DNA of 64,000 nt from Minutocellus sp. GHC0000111 (taxonomy: Eukaryota), in assembly GCA_977018835.1 (NCBI GenBank), contig OZ361259.1:186001-250000 (forward strand). The letters are read 5' to 3'. Under the pieces are notes generated by a model, which saw only the letters and a list, made by a program, of their open reading frames with translations, was not told the origin of the DNA and ran no database searches. Shown piece after piece: positions 1 through 11,582 of this stretch; the stretch's first letter is position 1, and each line of letters opens with the position of its first letter. The position numbers were made by a program, and so were the translations under genes.

Positions 1-9
1 ATAAGTGCG

Positions 10-2124
10 TTATACCAAAGCTCCATCGGGATCATCAGTACCGAATGATTTTGTAGTGCTGGGACTATCGGATGGTGCGGGGGCTCTTGGACCATCTTCG
101 TTATTCGGAGGAGAAGGAGCTCCAGTAACGCCAACAGCTCCAGTAACGCTGTTGGCATCAGCGACAGCCGAATCATTGATTTGGTCTAGTTGTATGCCAT
201 CATCACTCTTACTCTGTTCCGCTTTTGGAGATTCATCATTACCTTCACCCTCACTCTCCTGCCCCTGGTCTTCTTCTGGCGCATCGTCTTCGTTGTCGCC
301 GATATCATCCTCAACTTCTCCACCATCGACCTTCTTGTCCTCACCCTCTCCTTCCTGTTCCTGTCCATTATCACCCTTTTCGCTCGAATTTTCGTCTTCT
401 TTTTCCTGAAGATCCTCTTTCTTCTCCTCCTTGCCAAGGTTGGCAGGAGGCGCCCATCGCTGATGGCCATGCTTGGTGAATCCCGCGCGGGTGATGGCCA
501 CAGAGATATTCTTTTCGTACGACTTGACCTCCAGCTTCCCCAGCATAAGACTTACCCATCCCGAAAAGACGTACGAGTTCTTGACCCAGTTGAGCACCTC
601 ACCACGGGTGACACCGCCGTGCTGTTCGATGACGGCTTGCAATTCGGTCGACCACCCAGCGGTCATCACTGCGTGGACGGCAACGGCAGAGTTGAGAAGC
701 TGGTGGGGCCTTCCCCATGCGTCGTCGGATGCCACGGCCTCGTTGCAGCGCTGGAGCAACGTGGCGGTCGGAAGAGCCTCGAGGTCGGCAATGACCTTGG
801 CCTGGCCGACCTTGCCTCCACCTCCACCAGTACCGGTTGCGTTCGAAGCGCTCTCCGTCTTGACCTTTTTGGCAGCCGTGGCGGTTGCAGCCGCTGCACT
901 ACTAGCAGCCGCCGCAGCCTCGGCTTCGACCGCCGCCTTAGCAGCCTTTGCCTCTTCTCGCGCCCTCTTTTTCTGAAATACCGCATACGACGGGTTGGGG
1001 ACCTGCATCTTGGGTGCGTCACTACCGGTGGCATTACTCTTGGGCAGCAGAAAGTACAGCGAAAACCCCGCGAACCGCACCGTCGTACCGTTCCGCAGCA
1101 CGGCCGCCTCGCCCTGTCCAATCTTCCGCCCGTCCTTGCCGGTCCCGCCGACGGTAATCTTGTTCTTGCCGAGGCACTGCAGGACAAAGTAACCCGTAGG
1201 GGGCAGCTGCTTCATCGAGGAGGGTCGGACGATCTCCCCCACCGTGATGGCCTCGTCTTCGTCGTCGGCGGAACGGAGGTGGTAGACCAAACCACCACCG
1301 CCGCCACCACCGCCCTGCTTGTTCTCAACGTCGCTATTGTCCGAGTCGTCATCATCATCGGCAGCACTCCGCAGCGAACCACCAACCCCGTCCAGGTAGT
1401 GTATCCGGACATGATTCCGACTTAGAAGCCGGGCATCGCCCAAACTGAAAAAGTTGGGATCCTTGGTCTTGTGATTTCTACCGAGGACGGCCGGCAGGCG
1501 GGTGATGGGTACCGAAATGACGGACCGTTTGGTCGGATCGTCGTCGTCCTTTTTGGGATCGTCGAGGATCCCCGTGAGGAGTGCGTAGGCGGGGGTGGGG
1601 ACCGGTCCGCCCAGAGTTGTTGTAGAGGGTTCGTCGTCTTCGTCTTCGTCGTTGTCCTCGTCATCATCATCGTCATCTCCTGAACTGCCTCCTGACTCGT
1701 CTTCCGCGTTCTCGTCCTCGTCATTATTTGATTCACCGCCACCGCCGGCCTCCTCTTCATCGACCTCCATTTGATCTTCTTCATCTTGCTCATCCTCATT
1801 ACCCTCTTCGGCGCCACTCTCACCGTCATCATCGTGGTCATCCTCATTCTCACCCCCTTCCATCTGCGTCTGCGTCGGCATGATGTTATCATCATCGCCA
1901 GCGGTTGGAGCTGCAGCCTGTGCAGCTGCAGCCGTGGTACTCGTCGACTGAGATGGCCCCGGTACCGGCGAGGCCGAAGCGGCGGTAGCCGAAAGGACCG
2001 CAGGGGAGGCCGCTGCTACTGCAGAAGAGGCCGACATGTCTACGCTGGTATCCTTCTCCTCCTCCATGGCATTACCGCTGGCGGCTGCAGGAGCGGTAGG
2101 CGTCGGCGCTTGCTCTTGCTCCAT
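10..2124 (-). CDS. FHA (forkhead-associated) domain protein with acidic low-complexity termini
   Basis: Long ORF 10..2148, first ATG at 2124. FHA motifs VLGR...SRNHVRIHY...LQCLGKNKITVGG...LRNGTTVRFAG. Confidence 0.75.
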   Translation of the reverse strand: MEQEQAPTPTAPAAASGNAMEEEKDTSVDMSASSAVAAASPAVLSATAASASPVPGPSQSTSTTAAAAQAAAPTAGDDDNIMPTQTQMEGGENEDDHDDDGESGAEEGNEDEQDEEDQMEVDEEEAGGGGESNNDEDENAEDESGGSSGDDDDDDEDNDEDEDDEPSTTTLGGPVPTPAYALLTGILDDPKKDDDDPTKRSVISVPITRLPAVLGRNHKTKDPNFFSLGDARLLSRNHVRIHYLDGVGGSLRSAADDDDDSDNSDVENKQGGGGGGGGLVYHLRSADDEDEAITVGEIVRPSSMKQLPPTGYFVLQCLGKNKITVGGTGKDGRKIGQGEAAVLRNGTTVRFAGFSLYFLLPKSNATGSDAPKMQVPNPSYAVFQKKRAREEAKAAKAAVEAEAAAAASSAAAATATAAKKVKTESASNATGTGGGGGKVGQAKVIADLEALPTATLLQRCNEAVASDDAWGRPHQLLNSAVAVHAVMTAGWSTELQAVIEQHGGVTRGEVLNWVKNSYVFSGWVSLMLGKLEVKSYEKNISVAITRAGFTKHGHQRWAPPANLGKEEKKEDLQEKEDENSSEKGDNGQEQEGEGEDKKVDGGEVEDDIGDNEDDAPEEDQGQESEGEGNDESPKAEQSKSDDGIQLDQINDSAVADANSVTGAVGVTGAPSPPNNEDGPRAPAPSDSPSTTKSFGTDDPDGALV

Positions 2125-2573
2125 AGTTTTGCTGGGAACCAATTCCAAAAATGAGCTCGTTTTGCACGCGAAAAATATTTATGCAGAAATGTTTGCAAAC
2201 GCGCGGTACAGGAACAGGCGGCAATCTCTCTCACGATGCGAATAAGTACGGTGCGACGAGAAATGTGCTGATACCAACTGGAGAGTAGAGGAGCAACGTA
2301 GCAGAGGGCAACAGGGTGCTTACCGTGCTTCCCGAGAGGTATGGCAATGATGATACTCCTCCCTCCCGACTCCTCTAATTTAAGAGTTGAGGCTACGATA
2401 CCCATAAAATTCGATTGAGGAGTGCTTAGCGAGCGAGCGAAGCAAAACACTAGGTCTGTCCGTCTCCCAAATCAAGCCATTTCCGTCGAAACGTCGAGAA
2501 CGAAATCAATCAAACGGAGCTGGCGGCACACACACGTCCTCTCAAACTAATGCAGTAAGCAGCAACACTGACG

Positions 2574-3093
2574 ATGCGTTTGCTCCCTCTATTCATCTTC
2601 CTCTCGCTGGCTGTCCGGGCTGTATCCTTCTCGGCCTCGCCAGGCGACAAGCCGCCGACGCCGCCAAAACTCAAGGCACCACCGAAAAACATTGCCATGC
2701 CATTCATGAGGCAGATCAAAAGGTCGAGGACGGCAGAAGGTGCTATCCGGGTCATCAAAAGCATTGAACGGGAGGGATATCATCCCGACGTGTTCCATTA
2801 CAGCGCAATCATTAGCAAGTGCGCAAAAGAAAAGCAGCTCACGGTCATGCGGGTGACGACGAGCAGCAGCCCCAACAAAGCGGAACACGTCTGAGGAATC
2901 CAACGACGAAAGAATCCATCGCCTTTACGGCCCGTGTTAAAAAGTCTCGATCGGCCAAGGACGCGATCCGGGTCATCCTGGATGTCGAGGCGACCTCGGG
3001 TTGTTTCCCAGATGTGTTCCAATGCAGTGCTGCCATCAGCAAGTGCGCCAAGGAGAGGCAGGTGACGGCAGCTCTCAGCCTGCTCAAACGCAT
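2574..3093 (+). pseudogene. 5' part of a disrupted PPR(-SMR) gene with signal-peptide-like N-terminus; frameshift near 2845-2880
   Basis: Hydrophobic leader MRLLPLFIFLSLAVRAVSF. PPR motifs GYHPDVFHYSAIISKCAK and GCFPDVFQCSAAISKCAK lie in different frames. Coding breaks at 3093. Confidence 0.7.
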
Positions 3094-3577
3094 CGGAATT
3101 CCGGGAGGTCGAGTGGGGATGCGATCGGTCGAGATCAGCGAGAGTCGGTCATACGGGGGGTGCGGCGCAATCCCGGCAGTTTATCATCAACAACAACGTG
3201 GGAAAGCACCAGAGGGTCTGGGGCATCACAACGGGAGCACGACGAGCACAAAGACGGAGCAATGGTGCCACCCCAGAGAAACGAACGGCCGACAGATGGA
3301 GGAAAAGCAGGCCGATGGTTCATGGCGTTGACACGCAGCGGAGGCCAATCTGAGGATGCAGCAAGCTTCAACTACATCCAAACATGATAATGAATGCGTG
3401 TTTGGTACGAAAATATAGTTACACGCCGGCGCAACGCCGACGGACCACCATGGTGTTGGACGGTCAAAGAGTGGGTGACGAACGAGATTGGGTTTTGGTG
3501 GGTTTCTTCGTGACGTGTTCGTCTTCTGCCGAAAAACGCTTCATCCGACCGGCGAAACAAGACGAGATGGGGCTGTG
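3094..3577. mobile_element. Inverted terminal fragment of the Chapaev-like DNA transposon
   Basis: Ends at 3577 with revcomp CACAGCCCCATCT, matching the other end at 5879 (CACAGCACCATCT). Adjacent ATTT is the revcomp of the TSD AAAT. Confidence 0.65.
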
Positions 3578-3759
3578 ATTTTGCCGCCTTCTCACAAGCG
3601 CAAATTGCAGAATTGAAACATGTCAAATTCGGTTTTACTCCATGCGTTTCTTCCATTTCATTCAAAAACGAGATTGCCCTTCTGCACTGTCCATCATTGG
3701 CGCATGCATCCATGGTGGCGCCAAAGACAAACTCATTTGGCTTCACGCCCTGATTGACC
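3578..3759 (-). pseudogene. Inverted middle fragment of the PPR gene
   Basis: Minus strand reads VNQGVKPNEFVFGATMDACANDG...GVKPNLTCFNSAICACEKAAK. It joins in frame to both 3093 and 5880 when re-inverted. Confidence 0.75.
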
Positions 3760-5879
3760 ACAATAATTTTGCGCCCGAGAGGAGGAGACAGATAGCATTG
3801 GGATGAGTTTATGCAACAATCAACCCGACAAAGGGACTTTTTGGTCTGGGAGATAAATGGGTGAGTTAAGAAGGACGTGATGTGTTTGTTTGGGTGCACT
3901 GTTTACTTTTTTGCTCAATCGCGATGCTGTTTGTAAAAGTTGGATTATGCAATTCATTTGTTATTGTGTAGCAGTAGTGTAATTTCATTTTCTAATTTTA
4001 TGCATGCCCTGCTCCTATCTCTACATCCTCATCTCCATCGGTGGCCATCATGATCATTTGTTGGCGCTTGTCATCAGTTTCTGCTTTAACAGCTTCGGTC
4101 CTTGTCCTTTTCCTTGTTCTTGCCACCCGAGAGTTTCGCTCCCGCCTCTCCTCGACCTTTGGATTGGATGCCCTCTCCTCAGCCTTGAACTGCGCCGTCT
4201 GTTGGGCCTCATATCCCTTGACGCCCTGAGTCCGACGATCTTCCTTAACGCCCTCTTGGTGGGCTCGCTCTACAAACGATTCGTCGAGCCAATAGATGCC
4301 GCCCCATCCATTCTTCACTAGCCAAATGTGTTGGTCCAAGATGTGATCTTCGAGTAAGTGCCACTTGGGCGTTATGCTAATGCCGATTGCCCGTGCTTGC
4401 TTGAGGGCACTTGCAATCAATGCTTCAAGCTCTCTCACAGCCTTCTTTGCCCCTCATCATCCCATTTCATGTGCCATTTCAGAAACCTGGAATGTGTTGC
4501 GTCAAGAGTGTGGAGCAAATTAGAGCAAGCTTTGCAGAGCTCTTTGATGTCGTCATCCGTCATGCCATCTTCCTCGCGATTGTGCTCTAGGAGAGTTCCT
4601 TTGGTGGAGGTGTTGTGGTGGATGAACTCTATTGTCCTTGGTTTCTTCTTGTTGTTGCCATCAGAAATATTAATAGATAAAGCTCTCCAGCATTCTGCCA
4701 GCACTGCCCTTATTTTACCTGAGTCGGCCGCCTCAATGCCGGCCTTTTTCAGGAAATGGAAGTGAGGGGCATCGTCATCCTCGGCATCATCGACAGCTCC
4801 CATCTCTGGCTCGCCATCACCGTGCTTCTGACGATTCTTCTCAAAGCACTGCTGCATGTGTGCTTCATGTGTAGCGTCCTCTCTTGCAATGTCAGCTTCG
4901 TCCTCATAACAGGGCACATAGTCCTCGTCTTCGTCGTCATCGTCCTCACTGATCTCGCCGGCCTCCGTCGTGGTCAGGGTGCCCACCGTCCCAACATCGT
5001 CGTCATTGTCCCACCCATCGTCCTGGCCATTACACCCACCAAGGAATTTCTGGGCCTCGAGCAACATCTGCCTGTTGATTTCGTAGTCCATCGCCGCATG
5101 TCCCACCGATATATGTGGTGCGACCGACTTGAGGAATGCATTGCATGCCTTCGTCAAATTGAGCCGCGGCGGCGGTGTTTCGAGGCGAAATTGTTGCTCG
5201 ACCGTGACCATGTCGAAAGCCATCCATCCATCATCATGGAGAGCGTCGGCTGCACGAGGATTGATAGAACCGAGGCGAACAAACATGCTCTTTTTGTATG
5301 GGGTTCGCTGAACGTCGTCGGCAAGGCAGTGTCTTGATACCATTTCATCCCATCCATTCTGGTTGTCTGTCCTCACAAAAAACACATCGCAGTCTTCGTG
5401 TTTCTTCTTCTTCAAACCCAAGATGCCCGCAGTGCACATGACGGCGCCGTACATGATGGGACTGCATCCCAACACATTCATCAAGGAGTCGTTGTTGCCG
5501 ATGAAATTGTAGTAATGAAGTTCCTTTCTGCGAAGACGGACGAGTAGTTCAGCCAGGGCGTCCTGCACCGCAACTAAGTTCTGTCTGCGGTGTTGACCGC
5601 GGGATTGCGGCCGTTATTTTTTTTGCTCATGGAGAATTATGGATCGAGACCAACGGGAATATCACCAGGATGTCGGGAGTACCTGGTTGGTCTCGTGCCG
5701 TAATTCTCCCACACCAGCGCGAGATATCGCCTTCGTTCTGCACGTAGCGGCGGCAATTTGAATTTTTGCCGCCATGGTGGCTCGCGTTGGGCGCGCCGGT
5801 CGGTTGCTTCGCGCGCCGGCCGGCCACCGAAAGTGCGACCAAAAGTATGCGAGTCATCCGGCTGGCAGATGGTGCTGTG
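3760..5879 (-). mobile_element. Chapaev/Transib-like DNA transposon body with frameshifted, probably internally deleted transposase (ORFs 4435-5568 and 3998-4438)
   Basis: Transposase C-terminal motif ITPKWHLLEDH...GGIYWLDESFVERAHQ. CAC terminus at 5879 and 4-bp TSD AAAT at 5880-5883. Confidence 0.7.
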
Positions 5880-6722
5880 AAATGGGAAGAGGCCGTGATG
5901 CTGTTGCGCAAAATGACAGAAGTGGGCATTCGGCCTGATGTGTACTCGTACAGCTCGGCAATCAGCGCATGTGAAAAGGGTGTTCAGACCGATATTGCCC
6001 TCTCGTTGTTGACCGAGATGAAGGCTGAAGGCATTCGGCCAAATGCAATATCCTACAACTCAGCCATAGCCGCCTGCGGAAAGGGAGGAGCTGATTACAC
6101 CGATACTGCTCTTTCGTTGTTGGCGGAGATGAAGGCTGGAGGCATTAGCCCAACTGTAATATCCTACAGCTCAGCCATAACTTCATGCGAGAAGGGTGGC
6201 GCCAAATATACCGACACCGCCCTATCATTGTTCAATGAGATGAAAGAGGCTGGAGTCAAACCTGATGCATTGACCTACAATGCCATCACAAAAGCTTGTT
6301 TCGACTCGAATCGATATCCCGAGTCCCTCAAGAAAGTAAGAGAGGCGATGGATCTTGGCATAAAGATGAAAAATCGCCCTTTGCGCATTGACGCTTCCAC
6401 TGAAAATGGACTTCCAACGTGGGATCTCCGCGTTCTACCGGAAGCAGTTGCATGCATGCTGCTCTCGGAAGCCCTACTTAATTTGGTCGAAAGCAACGGT
6501 GGACCACCTCCAAACTTTCAAGATATTACAGTCAATACTGGCAAACGAAAGTTTCTTCGAGAGAAGGAGCGTGCATTTCTAAGCGACATTGCTGGATTGG
6601 ACATCAATGCCGTCGAGGGGAACGAGGGCAGATTATTTCTCATCACGGCGGCATCGTTGGAGGAGTGGGTTGTTTCGGGGGCATTCAATAATTTTCGCTC
6701 TCTCTTCATTACCTCTAGCTAG
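5880..6722 (+). pseudogene. 3' part of the PPR-SMR gene (several PPR repeats plus Smr-like domain)
   Basis: Repeats GIRPDVYSYSSAISACEKG, GIRPNAISYNSAIAACGKG. C-terminal WDLRVLPEAVA...ITVNTGK...GNEGRL. No own ATG; begins at the TE junction. Confidence 0.8.
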
Positions 6723-6889
6723 CAATTCCTAACTAAATCTGTAGTTTGTACTGTGAAGACCCTCTTACATATAACGCCGCTAAAGTCTTGCCTGAGATTA
6801 TTCTTCAGGCCAAAAGGGATGACGGGCGACGAATTATTCCGCACCAACAGTTATTGCAATCCCCTACTCTGCTCTGCTCTGCCTTATCT

Positions 6890-7402
6890 TTACCAACCCG
6901 TCCTCTCCCCCTCCTCTTCGCTCATGACGAACCAATTCGGTCCAAAGCTGTCCTTGTAGACCTCGAACACCGCAATCCACGCCACGAACAGCCCCACGAC
7001 GAGCGTGGCGCTCATCGTCGACCGCTTCACCCACTTCTCCACGCCCTGCTGCATAATCTGCGCCTCGAGGCGGGCCTCATTGTTGGCGGCATTGGAATTG
7101 TTGTTGCCATCATTGTCATCATCGTCGTCCTCAAAGTCGGTCTCGGCATCGGTATCCTCACTGGCGCTGGCGCCGACCTGGGGCATGTTTTCGATGGGTC
7201 CGTCCTCATCGTCATCAAACGCCGACCCATCGGCGAACCGGTCCAGGGCGGCCTGCCGTCGGTCCCCGCCGGGGAGGTAGTCCACGAGGGGTATCGGGCC
7301 GTACACGACCTTGCGAAAGTACATGGCGTTGACGACCCACAGCCACGGGAGGAAGGCGCAGCCCCCGTAGAACATTTGCCGTGCCAGCTTGTCTTCCCTC
7401 AT
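6890..7402 (-). CDS. PSENEN: Gamma-secretase subunit PEN-2-like, with acidic loop insertion
   Basis: KLARQMFYGGCAFLPWLWVVNAMYF...VKRS followed by a second TM segment. Confidence 0.8.
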   Translation of the reverse strand: MREDKLARQMFYGGCAFLPWLWVVNAMYFRKVVYGPIPLVDYLPGGDRRQAALDRFADGSAFDDDEDGPIENMPQVGASASEDTDAETDFEDDDDDNDGNNNSNAANNEARLEAQIMQQGVEKWVKRSTMSATLVVGLFVAWIAVFEVYKDSFGPNWFVMSEEEGERTGW

Positions 7403-7944
7403 TTTATTTGATGTTTATTATTTGTAAGAAGGGCAACGCCGGACTCCAAGTACACACGGTCCCAACACAATGGAATCGTGTATCGCTCTCTCCCAGTGGG
7501 CTTTCTGCTGGGGCGGGGCTCAACGGCTTGTTCCCGATGATTGAATGAGAAATAAGATACGGCCGAATTTCTTCCAGATACGCGGCCTGAACTGCACAGC
7601 GGAACCTTCCCCTTTATATCCGATTGTGGTGATGGCCTGTAGCTCCGGTAGAATAGCAGCTAACTACGCAATGCCCACGGCGTACCGGCGAGTAACGCAA
7701 CGGTTGCGTCGGCCGCAGAAAGGAGGAGTCGCCTAAAACATTAACCCTTCAATTTTAATAAAACCTCCCCCCTAAAATTGGAAAAGAAAAATTGGGGAAA
7801 AATTTGTCATGAGCGAAGCATGGAGGGGAGAGCGGAGAGTTGACCATTTTCCCCTCTTTTCTGTCAATATTCAGTCGAACGAGTCATGCGATTTTCAAAG
7901 CAATTCGCTGAGCTAATCTGCTGCCACTTTTCCCGAGGCTGGCG

Positions 7945-9135
7945 ATGAGCACCATGGCTCCACCGCCGGCAGCGGTGGCGGAAGCGCTGCTATCGCTGAG
8001 CAGCCACCTCCTCCGGACATTCCTCGGCACCGTGACGTTCACGTCACTGTACCACGCCCGAAGGCTGTTCCTTGAACCCACTGGTCGGTCGCACCGTCTG
8101 GCAGGACTTGCCCATCTCTTGTGCATCTTGGCCGGTGCCCTGTTTGTGGTAGCACCGCCGCCGATAACAATAATAAGTGCCAATGGCAATGGTACTGGTG
8201 GCGACTGGGCGTCCAACTCGTGGTCGTACCAATGCCTCATCTACGACATTTGCCTTGGCGTACTGGGCACAGCCACGACGCTCAGCGCCGCTAGAGCCTT
8301 CCCGCACAAAACGCTGACCAATGCACCTGGCCAATCGGGGACGTTGTCGGAGCACGCGTACGTGACACAGGGGGAAATGATTGAGCATTCCTTCTACCAG
8401 ATGCTGAATTTGATCCAAGCGGTGTATCTGCACAGTGTTACGTGGGTATTGGAAATGCCGGAGCTGCACAAGCAAAGGAACGACAATGATGAAAGTGATC
8501 ACGACGGTAACGACCATTCAATCCAAACAATAAGACAATCGTTTTGGCCGATATTGATGAGATTGGCGGCAGTATGGTTGGTCACGGCACCGTGGCTATG
8601 CCGGCATCTATTCCCCGTGAACAGCTTCTCAGCCAATTGGATCAAGAATAGAGAGGCGAATAATAAGAAGGGCAAACCATCGAATGGAAAGCAAAACTCG
8701 TGGCTCGAAATAAAGCTTTACCAGATCAAGAAGTGGCAGTACGTATTTTACAAGCATACCATCCTCCATGGTCTCAACATATCGGTGGCGTTTCCAGCCA
8801 AATCAGCGGCGTCAAAATCAGAGGCTATCCCCCTTCCCCTCTCATCATCGTGGCGAATTTTCTGGTTGTGCCTCAACGTAAGTTACGTTATGGAATTCTA
8901 CTTGCAGTCATTGGTGAAACGAAGATTCATATCTCAGCACTCCATGCTTGCCCTACAGCGGGTGCTGATGACGGCATCGTCCATCTCAGCATTGTTGGTA
9001 GTAAAGAATATTGTTCGACCGGAGCTTTGCGCTATGAGTGTCATGATGAATTTCACCAAAAGGGGTCGCGATGTTCTCAATGTGCTGTTTGTTGCACTGA
9101 TAGGTGGAATCTCTTCGATCACGGCAGTAAACTAA
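7945..9135 (+). CDS. Uncharacterised multi-pass membrane protein
   Basis: 396-aa ORF with several hydrophobic segments and conserved-looking motifs (EMIEHSFYQMLN, YKHTILHGLN). Confidence 0.7.
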   Translation: MSTMAPPPAAVAEALLSLSSHLLRTFLGTVTFTSLYHARRLFLEPTGRSHRLAGLAHLLCILAGALFVVAPPPITIISANGNGTGGDWASNSWSYQCLIYDICLGVLGTATTLSAARAFPHKTLTNAPGQSGTLSEHAYVTQGEMIEHSFYQMLNLIQAVYLHSVTWVLEMPELHKQRNDNDESDHDGNDHSIQTIRQSFWPILMRLAAVWLVTAPWLCRHLFPVNSFSANWIKNREANNKKGKPSNGKQNSWLEIKLYQIKKWQYVFYKHTILHGLNISVAFPAKSAASKSEAIPLPLSSSWRIFWLCLNVSYVMEFYLQSLVKRRFISQHSMLALQRVLMTASSISALLVVKNIVRPELCAMSVMMNFTKRGRDVLNVLFVALIGGISSITAVN

Positions 9136-9249
9136 AATGAAAGGGGTTTATTCATTCAATACATTCATCTCGAGTGTAGTGTATACACTCGATCGAAGCT
9201 CCGACGCAGAGTAACTCGCCGTCGACAATTTTCCGAAAGCCGCTGAGAT

Positions 9250-11582
9250 TTAGTCTTCCGCGACGGCATCGGCGTCGATGAGAGGTTTGTTTTCGAGGCG
9301 CTGCGACTTTTGCAAGGCCATGCTCAGCGTCCGAGTACTTCGCATCTTCTTATTCATACCCATTGGGTCTACTTTCTCCTCTTGCTTCATCTGAGCGTCT
9401 TCACGCTCCGTGGGGACACCGCTCTTGTTTTCCTCTACTTCCTCCTCAGCCTTTGTCTGCGCTCGCCCTTCGGTGCCCCACTTCAGTCCGGAACCAAACA
9501 TCATCTGTCCACCTGCCGCGAGGCCACTGAACAAACATAGAACATCGTTGCTGCTCCGACTCCTATAATCGCATCCCATACCGTTAAACAGACCTTCTTC
9601 CATGTCGGCCAAGCCAGGATTCCTTTGATGTCGAGTTCCTTGACGAGCAGCCAATGCATACAAAAAATTGACACATTGATAATCATGAATGTCGTCATGA
9701 TTGCAGTGACGAAGACTGTAGCAAGGGTTTGGAAGTAAGGGGTCTGCAGATAGAATGCCCAGCTCAAACCATAGAGAGCAAAGAAGAGGGGCTGGACGAG
9801 ATTGAATGACGAAAAAATGAACAGCCGCCAAAGGATTGGGAGCTTATCGAGAAGAGGGACACTCCATCCAGGTGACCGAGAGCAACCGATGTATCGAGCG
9901 CTCCCGAATGAGAACTCATAGGCATTGCCGTACATCCACCTCTTGATCTGAACAAAACGAGCAACGAAGCCTTGAACAAACTTGTCGCTCGTCACGTTGT
10001 ATACCGATATCGGAAGTGGAATGGGTTCCAGTCTAGCAAGACCCTTGGAAAAATGATGACTTTTGAAAAGGTTGTGCGACTCGTCAGCCACAACAAAGTT
10101 GTCTCCACCATCAATAAGATCAAAGAGCTTCCACGACATGGAATATGTATTGACTGGTACCCTGGGTTTGCATCCAACAAGACCAAGATCGAGCCCGGAC
10201 ATGTTGGCCAGTTCGTTAAAGGCGAAGATGACACTGACAGCCCGATTAATGAAGTCAACCTCGTCTAGGTTTTCATAAAAGGCCACTGGACACTGCCAGA
10301 AACGAAGATGTTTGAGAGATCCCTCCTTTTCCTCAAATTTCTTGGAAAGAGTGGCAAGAAATCGAGGGTGACTCAACGCATCGGCATCCATAAGAGTAAC
10401 GACAGCATTCTCCGGGTCAAAGACGAATCCAGGACTAGCGAGAGTTTTATCAATCAAGTCTGGGTGAGCAAAGTAGGCCTCTGAATTGCTGGCATAGTTG
10501 ATATCAGATGAAGGCGGCGGGGCTTGTTCTTGCTTGGGAGCATCACCGGCACTGTTTGCGGATGATCCATTTTCATCTGTGCCGGAAATATCATTCTTGT
10601 CACCGGTCATCGCAAACTTTTGCAGGGCAGCATAGCTCCACTTCATATTGCTACTTTTTCCGGGTTGTTCTCCATTCAGGCGAGGATGGCAAGTCACGAT
10701 GACATCTCGAAACATGGGGAGGAATTCCTCACGCAGAGACTTGGCTTTTTCCATATATCCCTCCTCTCCTTGCTCCATACCGAGGACGATGGAAACATTC
10801 TCTTCCACGTTGATTGACTGTTGATTGACAAGGCGAAGAATTGTATTCTTCATCATGGTAACATCTTCGCAATAATTCGGTAGGACGACCAGGTGCTGCA
10901 CTTTGTTGGAATGCTCGATAGGCTCATCACCCTTGGCGAGCTCCTTCTTCATGGATCGGAATCCATTGATGCCGTTGATCGCCAGGCAGATATTGGAAGC
11001 AAGCCAAAAACACATAAAGGCGGTAGATACAAACATATACGTCACCTGGAATTCAGAGATCTCAACATTGCCATTGAGAGAAATAACAATGGCCGTCGAC
11101 ACGATGAACCAAACGATAATGACGAGAGATGTCGTGAAGGGAATCCACTTGAAGCAGGCCATTGCGAAGGAAGACACGCGCTGATCGGGCTTATCGGCGC
11201 GCTTCACGCTGAGGCGTCGCTGCATCTCTTCCTCAGATACCATCCGGCCCTTCCTGTGCCGAAGAAGGACCAGCATAATGCCCATGAGGAGACTGAAACT
11301 GAAGATCGAACCACTCACGGTTCCGCCGATTTTACTTAGGCACCGATCGTCGCAGTAACAAGGGAAATCGGACACAAATTCCTGAGCATACCCATCTCGG
11401 CATAGGCGCATCTGCTCTTCCTTATCGACTGCACATATGTTGACCTCTGCATAGCGGCAGACAACCTCAGCTTCGGCGGGGGTGCAGTGTTCGTCGAGGA
11501 TGGGGTCCAGAGCCGTGCAGTTGAACGACCCGCTCTGCGTTTCCATGCCATCACTGGCGAAAACTTCGAGAGCCTCGTCCAT
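9250..11582 (-). CDS. Membrane GT2 processive glycosyltransferase with Cys-rich N-terminus; frameshift near 9533 (pseudogene or sequencing error); true start may lie upstream
   Basis: LPNYCED, PGKSSN, TLMDAD (DxD), ADESH and QIKRW (QxxRW) motifs plus TM helices. The C-terminal tail SGLAAGGQMMFG continues in another frame to 9250. Confidence 0.75.

Noticed and set aside
190..1425. Long antisense ORFs (e.g. 190-1425, 37299-38447, 49722-50804, 6746-7411)
   Set aside because: Shadows of GC-rich or low-complexity genes on the opposite strand, with no domain signal.
3759..3775. CACAATA at 3759 as the transposon's left TIR
   Set aside because: Poor match to the 5879 end and no TSD; the end at 3577 matches 12/13 and carries the AAAT duplication.
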